DNA of 64,000 nucleotides from Tubiluchus corallicola (Eukaryota; Animalia; Priapulida): NCBI GenBank assembly GCA_030141605.1, contig JAQGDQ010000145.1, forward strand, positions 1-64,000. Reading direction: 5' to 3'. A program made the translations under genes and the position numbers. The notes below the pieces were generated by a model that saw only the letters and a program-made list of their open reading frames with translations, had not been told where the DNA came from and did not search any database. Positions 1 to 25,007 of the stretch are shown here, piece after piece. The first letter of the stretch is position 1; the number at the start of each line of letters is the position of its first letter.

Positions 1-3000
1 TTTTTACACAGTAGTATTATTAAAATATTAGGATTAAATAAAATTGTTGTGGTCAGTTGGACTGAAATAAAAATTAACGATAATAATACATTTATTATTA
101 ACATATTATTATCCACTTTTGCAAAATGAAAAAGTATGTGGTTCGATGACAAAATAATTATTTATTGTGTTATTTCAAGCAAGGTCGAAAAAGTATATGT
201 AGTACAAAACAATCTAGTCATTGTTTATGGTGTAACGCTTAACAATTTACAGTTGTCAATTTATGATTTACAATGTCTTTTTCTTTAGTTTTTCTTTTTC
301 AAAGTTCAGGAAGAAAAAATATCATAAATAAAATTTTAGGGTAAAATTGCATTACGTAATTTAATTGTGATATTATTATTGAAATGGATACAAATTTCGA
401 GATGACTAAACTGCTTCGATAAACTATGCACTTGGGCTTAAAATGAAACAAATTCAAAAGACACTACCAAAAACTGCATCTGACTAAATCTGTCAGAAGT
501 GTAAGCACAATATTTTTAACACTAGAGTGCATGATGTTCTAAACTCACGTTTCACAGCCAAGAGCCGAGAAATTATCACACACAGATTGTCGTTGCAACT
601 TGGAGGCGTGAATCCAGCTTTTTTAGATTGTGCTTTCATTGCTTCAATAATTTCCTGTTGCTCATTGGCAACAAAGTAAAAGTTTATATTTTGGCTTCGT
701 ATTCCGATACTTTCTGTCTGACTACTGAATTGAAAGGCCCGTCTAATTGCTGAATCCTAGTGTAACACATTCCACGACTGTTTTTCAATAAGAACAATCA
801 CGATGACCAAAAGCGGAACAAATGGCGCATTCAATCCACAATAGGCTAATCTTCAGCGATACCGCCAAAAGGTATAAACTACGTAAAAGTACTGTATGCT
901 GATGCTGCTTGCTGGTGTAAACAAATACTCAAACAGTGTTGTGTACAGTGTGCACAGCGTAGGCAATCTCACCTTGCGACTTATTCCAAGATTCATCTGT
1001 AATACTGCAATTTTCGCCACCAGAGGTGGAAGACCATGCTGAATGACGGCCTAATCAAATGTTCGTTTTGCATACAATTTTATCCGAACTTTTGCCAATG
1101 ATTCTTAAACCAGAAATTTTCGTGAGGAATGAGGTAAGTATTTGTATTCGCAACATAATCGCGAGTTATTCAAGCTCAACTTAATTTCGGTGATATTCCC
1201 CTTTTAAACTACTTGTTTGCATAGTCTGTACACTAGAAGCTAGAATCCAGAGCTCAACAGCAGGCCCTACAACTGATGTCAAATGATTGTGATGGGACTA
1301 AAACCTAGCTCATCACCAAAAACAATCAGTAAAATCTCACATCTCCTTTGAATAGCTTGAAGTGCGCCTGTACTCCTGTAGGTAATGGAAAACTACATCA
1401 AATGACAAATGTGACATAAATTTTTAAATGCCCACACCGCAAGCATTCACTGACTTTATATTTTTGTTTCATGTGGAGTAAGAGATGATTCCTGTCGTAA
1501 ATTAAAATTCTCGTGCTTCCACAAAAGCGGCAGAAATCGAAGTTACCTGTGTTAGATTGCGTTACTTGTGTCTTGCACGCAGACATTCATTTGTGCCTAT
1601 CTAACCAGATGGAGTGGACACCGAGGAAACAACGAAGTAAGGCACAAAAAAGCTTCAACATAGGATTCAAACCGAGCTATTCAATAACTATTACACAACT
1701 TCACAAATTATTATTACGCACTTAGTACAAACCAGTGAACATAAAACTGTGGAAACTCACCATTTTCTGGATCCCCTTCTTTACTGAGTTTGTTAGATGG
1801 ACTGTTTCCCATTATAGGTATTACCTTCCCTTAACTTCGCGTATCAAGAGTATTAAGCATATAACTAGCTTTACAATGAATCCATGCTGAATTAACAGAA
1901 CCAGTTTTAAAAATTTGCAATTTTAAACTTAAACTGGCTGCCTTGGCTGATTAGTTTTCTAAATACATAACAACAGCGCCATGTAACGGACAGATTCTTA
2001 ATAAAAATGGTTTGTCCATAGTTATTGCCAAGGCCGGCCATAGTGCGTTAACAAAAGGTTATCGTAATCGACCAGAGAGTTTCTCTCCAAGTAAGCTCGC
2101 CAAGTGACTTATATCGAGACTAGAAAGCAGAACTCGTTGCGAGTTATTCTCTGACTATAAGTGGCACTGAGCGCGAGCTGACACTTCCTTTTCTACTTGT
2201 TGTTCACTGTGAAATGTGGAGAGAGTAACTCGCCGAGGCATTTGACTAGACAGTACCTCGCAGCAACTGTCAGAGATGATATGCAATAAGTTGCTCACAG
2301 TAACACGTAAAGCAGTTCACACTTGCAAGTTTACTGTTAGAGAGAAAAAAGCGACATAAAACTTGTGTCGTTAGCAATTAACTGAGCGCGTCAGGCCTAA
2401 TGCGCCCTGGGCCTGATTTAAATTATTATATTTTAATTTCATGCAGCAGTCCAGTTTATTCAAAACCATTTTTACCTGAGTATTCGTAAATATGGTAATA
2501 AGGCCCCAAACTTCAGGAATAAAAGGGTAAAACCCCGAAAAAAGAAATAACGACCGAAGCCTAATCTAACGTTATAATCAGGTTGTTCTGTTCACCAACA
2601 TGTTATGCAGAATGTTTTTACTGGCGCAACTAGAAATTTAGCCACTTATAATATCTATGTATTCGTTTTTATTCATTTTGTTTTTTTTTATTTTTCACCA
2701 TGCTACGCGAGATTATATTGTATGTTTGCCAACAAAAGATTGTATCTCTAGCAAACATAATTACATAAACACTGCGAAATTATTGATATTTCACAAGACT
2801 GTCGCATTAGATTAGAAGTATAAAGATGTAGACGTCCGAGACATGGGTCGGAGAGAAGCTGATCTAGATCTCATCCTTTCCAATGCGTAATCTGGAAACT
2901 GCTGAGATCAGCCAGTGCAGTTTGGTAAGTGTTTTACAGAAGTTGAAGTTCGAGTTGAAAACAAAAATGGTTAAACCCAAATCTACAAAAATGTTTAGAT

Positions 3001-4135
3001 CTACTTTTGGATATTTAAACTACGTTGTTTGTTTTTGGGTACAGCATGTTGTCACCAATCATACATGAAAGCAGAAAAGGTAATTTTTAATAGCTTTTCG
3101 AATCATCAAAGGAATGAAGTGCTTACAGTAATGATGGTCTAACCGTTATAAGCATATGGTTCAGTGGCCGAATTTTAATCCATTCGTTTCATTATTTTAG
3201 TAAGCAAAGCAAGTCCTCCACTGACTCAAGTAGGTTAGATGTTACACCTCTGGCCGATTTCCCGGGGGGGTGGGGATTTCCCCGGGGGGGTGGGGAAAAA
3301 CACCCCTAAAAAAGTGCGAAAATCCGGAAACACCCCTAAAAAAGTGAAGTGGCTCTATTGTCGCGCTAGTTAAGTGACCAATTTAAGGATTAGGAGTGAC
3401 GGTTGGTCGACGGGCCACGCCCCCCTCGACTGCCGGGGGTGGGAACAAAAATCACCCCCCTAAAAAAGTGAAGTGGGTCTATTGTTGCGCTAGTTAAGTG
3501 CTCGATTTAAGGATTAGGAGTGACGGTTGGAACTCCCGCACGCTTTGGGGGGGGTGCGCCCGGCGAGAACACCCCCCCCCCTCCGCGCTAAATGCAGTCG
3601 TCCGTTCGACGCGCGCTCGCTGCGCACTTTGCTTGCTCCACCCTAATTGTGGCTAATCCGGTAATCGACTCTCACCTCGCCGCCTAGCTAGCTAGCTAGA
3701 TAATGGGCTAAAAGATTTCTCTACAGGATGTTCTTTTATGCGAGTCTAAATTGCCACGCAATTTTTTAAAATTTTACCCCGCCCTCATCCGGGTTAGAAT
3801 GTTCTTTTATGCGCGTCTAAGTTGCAATACAATTTTTAAAAATTTTATCCTACCTTTATCCGAGATGGATGGATGGATGGATGCCGTCGCCGAAAAGCCT
3901 CCTTCGCTCCATCCAATGCGGTCGCATCGTGCAACATACAGTCTCCTCACACGCACACACCGCCGAGCACGATTAGCACGGGGCCGACCATATCGAACGT
4001 TACCGCGTAACATACAGTCTACTCACGTCGCCGAGCATGCATTAATGGCTTTCTTTATTTTTGTCAACTGTATCCAACGATGATGATGATGATTGACGAC
4101 GATGATGATGATGATGACGCGGTATTACCTAAAGC
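1..4135 (+). repeat. Left arm of giant inverted repeat (pairs with 6383-10540); probably continues left of the window
   Basis: Bases 1-40 are the reverse complement of 10501-10540. The ORF track shows mirror pairs 1398..1586/8955..9143, 1513..1725/8816..9028 and 2883..3068/7473..7658, all with coordinate sum 10541. Pairing ends at ggtattacctaaagc (4121-4135) against gctttaggtaatacc (6383-6397). Confidence 0.98.
1761..1812 (-). CDS. Mirror copy of PKA catalytic subunit coding exon 1 (MGNSPSNKLSKEGDPEN); any downstream exons would lie left of the window
   Basis: Exact reverse complement of 8729-8780, including the gtgagt donor (actcac at 1755-1760). Confidence 0.8.
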
Positions 4136-4207
4136 GTTTAGCGATCATTGTCTCCCTTTAACTTGCAGATTCACCTGGCCTTTCTTTTGTAACGTATATA
4201 TTTTTCG

Positions 4208-4969
4208 GTGAATATAAAAGAAGTGAGCTATCAATGTCTCCCTTTTAACTTGCAGATTCACCTGGCAAGGGGTGGTGGCTCCATTCTTCAGACACGCGAC
4301 GATGATGTGTTGGTCTCAGCGGGTGACATTTTGATGGGTGTACAATTTGTGCTTACTCTCATAGAATGGATAAGCTTAATGGATTTAGAAAAAAATATAA
4401 TGGCATCTCTGTTTGGGGGCATGGATGCGCACACGATTGATGAGAGATTTTTGGGCCCCTATCATTGGCAATTATCGAATACGTTTACGGTTCACGTAAA
4501 TTGCCATTGCCTGGGCACAAATACTCGCATTTTATTGCAAAAAAGAGAGAAATTTTTTCAAACAACGTTGGAAATATTTAATTCAAATATAGATCGCAAA
4601 ATTCGTTTTGTCATTAGAAAAATGCAGGAGGATTTTTTACCGCGTCACTGGGTAACAACGATAAATGAAATAGAATGTCCGCTGACATCGTTGGCGGCAG
4701 AACCGACACCTTTTGAATCGGGATTGACGTTTCATCTGGGTAGGGGCAATTATGTTTCGGTGGGAGGTCTTTTGCGCACCAAAATTTCAATTGCCAAAAG
4801 ACAGGTGATCGGGCACTCGACTTTAGCATCGTTACCACAAGTAAGGCTCACGCCGTACGACTATGAACAACTATTTTTGAAAAAAGACCGTATCAATTTC
4901 ATCATTGGTAAACAAGAAGAGCACAGAATGTGGATTTCGCCTGCGGCAGTTACATGCCGATTGGACTAA
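4208..4969 (+). CDS. 253-aa protein with PC4/Sub1-like ssDNA-binding domain(s); true start uncertain (GTG start, or a spliced exon beginning at 4256)
   Basis: Longest ORF in the window, not low complexity. Residues 175-229 (FHLGRGNYVSV...VRLTPYDYEQLFLKKDRI) align by eye to human PC4 FQIGKMRYVSV...ISLNPEQWSQLKEQISDI. Residues 17-64 (IHLARG...FVLTLIEWISLMDLEKNI) look like a second copy. Confidence 0.6.
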   Translation: MNIKEVSYQCLPFNLQIHLARGGGSILQTRDDDVLVSAGDILMGVQFVLTLIEWISLMDLEKNIMASLFGGMDAHTIDERFLGPYHWQLSNTFTVHVNCHCLGTNTRILLQKREKFFQTTLEIFNSNIDRKIRFVIRKMQEDFLPRHWVTTINEIECPLTSLAAEPTPFESGLTFHLGRGNYVSVGGLLRTKISIAKRQVIGHSTLASLPQVRLTPYDYEQLFLKKDRINFIIGKQEEHRMWISPAAVTCRLD

Positions 4970-5056
4970 CTCTAGCATGAGATTTCCTACGAGATTTCTG
5001 ATTAAAAGGTCAAGAATTACAATAATTGTACAGCTGTAAAATGTGCAATGCATTGC

Positions 5057-5087
<31 letters not shown>

Positions 5088-5225
5088 AGAGGGGGGAGAG
5101 AGAGAGAGAGAGAGAGTAAGAGAGAGAAAGAGAGAGTGAAAGAGAGAGAGAGAGAAAGAGATAGAGAGGGAGGGAAGGAGAGAGAGAGAGGGAGAAGAGA
5201 GAGAGAGAGAGAAGAGAGAGAAAGG

Positions 5226-5261
<36 letters not shown>
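5057..5261 (+). repeat. Imperfect (GA)n polypurine microsatellite, ~205 bp
   Basis: Directly visible; almost purely A/G. Confidence 0.97.
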
Positions 5262-5289
5262 CGAGGACCAGGTCGTACCTAGCACCAAG

Positions 5290-5637
5290 ATGACTGTGAC
5301 AGCACCAGCAGCAGCAGCAGCAGTGCTGCCACCGCCGAGATTGCATCACCTTCCAATCGTCACTGCTAGAATGATGACTAGAACAGCAGCTGTACCTAAA
5401 ACAGCGTCACCGACGCCACCACCACCACCACCGTCGAGATTACAGCAGCAGCAGCAGCAGCAGCACAATGTCAACGTTCGGGTCGCGTCTGCTAGCAATA
5501 TGCCGCCACCGCTAACATCAACAACATCGACAGCAACAACAACAACAACAGTGGCGTCATCAACGAGCATGGGTCCCCCACCCAACATCGTTTTTGTCAA
5601 CCGGAAGAAAGCATCCGACCAGGATAAAGATAAATGA
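5290..5637 (+). CDS. Possible 115-aa low-complexity Pro/Gln/Thr/Ala-rich protein of the central element
   Basis: ATG-initiated ORF built largely of trinucleotide repeats (CAG, CCA, ACA), with a basic end (RKK). It may be open only because of repeat content. Confidence 0.3.
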   Translation: MTVTAPAAAAAVLPPPRLHHLPIVTARMMTRTAAVPKTASPTPPPPPPSRLQQQQQQQHNVNVRVASASNMPPPLTSTTSTATTTTTVASSTSMGPPPNIVFVNRKKASDQDKDK

Positions 5638-6111
5638 ATATTTTTTAAATAGTAAGGGTACACCCCATCGGGATAAAGATAAATGAATATTTTAAAAAGT
5701 AAATACACTTCAGTCTCTGGCAATTTTAGTCTAATAGTAAAGCGCCTCAGTTTTTTTTTCTCTTTGTACATCTAGTCTAGATAAAAGTAAAATTTTAAAT
5801 ACCCTATTGTCAAAAAAAGAAATCTTTCAATAAAAATGTGGCTAATGCAACTTGTGAGTTTTTGGGATTATATATATATATCCTCACCTAAAAAAATACT
5901 GACTCGTTGAAAGCGTGCAGACTAGAAGGCTGCAGGCATTCAATTTTATCTAGACGGCAGCTGTCCTACTGTCTGCTTGCTGTACATTCCAACGGGCTTT
6001 TTAAAAAAACAGGTACACGCACTTAAATAGCCGCGGGTGTCATGTCTAGCAAGTCAATTAACGGATTAAGTCCTCATTAGCCAGGTAGTCGAGTCAATTA
6101 CCGGATTAAGC

Positions 6112-6302
6112 AATAGACGCGTGCCTGCCTTGGCGTCTGATCAGATGAGTGCATTCGTTGCGGATTTAAACATGCGAGTTAGTACAGATAGAAAGATTTT
6201 TACAAAATAGAGGCGTGCCTGCCTTGGCGTCTGATCGGATGAGTGCATTCGTTGCGAGTTTAAACATGCGAGTTAGTACAGATAGAAAGATTTTTACAAA
6301 AT
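6112..6302 (+). repeat. Two-copy 94-bp tandem repeat in the element core
   Basis: aatagacgcgtgcctgccttggcgtctgatc... at 6112 and aatagaggcgtgcctgccttggcgtctgatc... at 6206, with few substitutions. Confidence 0.95.
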
Positions 6303-8728
6303 GAAAAGATAATTTTAACTAACATTAGTTATTATTGTTCTGTCGGATAAAAAAAGTGGATGACGACCAAAGATCAGACTCTGCTTTAGGTAATACCGCG
6401 TCATCATCATCATCATCGTCGTCGTCATCATCATCATCGTTGGATACAGTTGACAAAAAAATAAAGAAACCCAGAAATTAATCATGCTCGGCGACGAGTG
6501 AGTAGACTGTATGTTACACGCGGTAACGTTCGTGCTAATGGTCGGCCCGTGCTAACAATCGTGCTCGGCGGTGTGTGCGCGTGTGAGTAGACTGTATGTT
6601 GCACGATGCGACCGCATTGGATGGAGCGAAGGAGGCTTTTTCGGTGACGGCATCCATCCATCCATCCATCCATCCATCTCGGATAAAGGTAGGATAAAAT
6701 TTTTAAAAATTGTAATGCAACTTAGACGCGCATAAAAGAACATTCTAACCCGGATGAGGGCGGGGTAAAATTTTAAAAAATTGCGTGGCAATTTAGACTC
6801 GCATAAAAAGAACATCCTGTAGAGAAATCTTTTAGCCCATTATCTAGCTAGCTAGCTAGGCGGCGAGGCGAGAGTCGATTACCGGATTAGCCGCAATTAG
6901 GGTGGAGCAAGCAAAGTGCGCAGCGAGCGCGCGTCGAACGGACGACTGCATTTAGCGCGGAGGGGGGGTGTTCTCGCCGGGCGCACCCCCCCCAAAGCGT
7001 GCGGGAGTTCCAACCGTCACTCCTAATCCTTAAATCGAGCACTTAACTAGCACAACAATAGACCCACTTCACTTTTTTTAGGGGGTGATTTTTGTTCCCA
7101 CCCCCGGCAGTCGAGGGGGCGTGGCCCGTCGACCAACCGTCTCTCCTAATCCTTAAATTGGTCACTTAACTAGCACGACAATAGAGCCACTTCACTTTTT
7201 TAGGGGTGTTTCCGGATTTTCACACTTTTTTAGGGGTGTTTTTCCCCACCCCCCCCGGGGAAATCCCCACCCCCCCCGGGAAATCGGCCAGAGGTGTAAC
7301 ATCTAACCTACTTGAGTCAGTGGAGGACTTGCTTTGCTTACTAAAATAATGAAACGAATGGATTAAAATTCGGCCACTGAACCATATGCTTATAACGGTT
7401 AGACCATCATTACTGTAAGCACTTCATTCCTTTGATGATTCGAAAAGCTATTAAAAATTACCTTTTCTGCTTTCATGTATGATTGGTGACAACATGCTGT
7501 ACCCAAAAACAAACAACGTAGTTTAAATATCCAAAAGTAGATCTAAACATTTTTGTAGATTTGGGTTTAACCATTTTTGTTTTCAACTCGAACTTCAACT
7601 TCTGTAAAACACTTACCAAACTGCACTGGCTGATCTCAGCAGTTTCCAGATTACGCATTGGAAAGGATGAGATCTAGATCAGCTTCTCTCCGACCCATGT
7701 CTCGGACGTCTACATCTTTATACTTCTAATCTAATGCGACAGTCTTGTGAAATATCAATAATTTCGCAGTGTTTATGTAATTATGTTTGCTAGAGATACA
7801 ATCTTTTGTTGGCAAACATACAATATAATCTCGCGTAGCATGGTGAAAAATAAAAAAAAACAAAATGAATAAAAACGAATACATAGATATTATAAGTGGC
7901 TAAATTTCTAGTTGCGCCAGTAAAAACATTCTGCATAACATGTTGGTGAACAGAACAACCTGATTATAACGTTAGATTAGGCTTCGGTCGTTATTTCTTT
8001 TTTCGGGGTTTTACCCTTTTATTCCTGAAGTTTGGGGCCTTATTACCATATTTACGAATACTCAGGTAAAAATGGTTTTGAATAAACTGGACTGCTGCAT
8101 GAAATTAAAATATAATAATTTAAATCAGGCCCAGGGCGCATTAGGCCTGACGCGCTCAGTTAATTGCTAACGACACAAGTTTTATGTCGCTTTTTTCTCT
8201 CTAACAGTAAACTTGCAAGTGTGAACTGCTTTACGTGTTACTGTGAGCAACTTATTGCATATCATCTCTGACAGTTGCTGCGAGGTACTGTCTAGTCAAA
8301 TGCCTCGGCGAGTTACTCTCTCCACATTTCACAGTGAACAACAAGTAGAAAAGGAAGTGTCAGCTCGCGCTCAGTGCCACTTATAGTCAGAGAATAACTC
8401 GCAACGAGTTCTGCTTTCTAGTCTCGATATAAGTCACTTGGCGAGCTTACTTGGAGAGAAACTCTCTGGTCGATTACGATAACCTTTTGTTAACGCACTA
8501 TGGCCGGCCTTGGCAATAACTATGGACAAACCATTTTTATTAAGAATCTGTCCGTTACATGGCGCTGTTGTTATGTATTTAGAAAACTAATCAGCCAAGG
8601 CAGCCAGTTTAAGTTTAAAATTGCAAATTTTTAAAACTGGTTCTGTTAATTCAGCATGGATTCATTGTAAAGCTAGTTATATGCTTAATACTCTTGATAC
8701 GCGAAGTTAAGGGAAGGTAATACCTATA

Positions 8729-25007
<16,279 letters not shown>

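Larger units (their letters stand above)
3229..7312. mobile_element. Non-autonomous ~4.1-kb element with ~0.9-kb TIRs (3229-4135 and 6383-7312), possibly a Polinton/Maverick-like deletion derivative; outer boundary uncertain by ~30 bp
   Basis: Abrupt switch to GC- and CpG-rich sequence at ~3250/7290. TIRs are long, imperfect and built of internal tandem repeats. Candidate terminus 5'-AGTAG...CTACT-3'. The 2.25-kb unique core carries a 253-aa ORF; no transposase, integrase or polymerase is visible. Family assignment is inference. Confidence 0.6.

Noticed and set aside
3298-3530. Repeated cacccctaaaaaagtg units as a CRISPR-like array or telomeric repeats
   Set aside because: Eukaryotic context, only three irregularly spaced copies with homologous intervening sequence, and no (TTAGGG)n or (TTAGG)n array.
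5010-5349. ORFs encoding poly-ER or poly-SL peptides (5043..5282 +, 5010..5288 -, 5017..5349 -)
   Set aside because: Open only because (GA)n/(CT)n lacks stop codons; no coding evidence.
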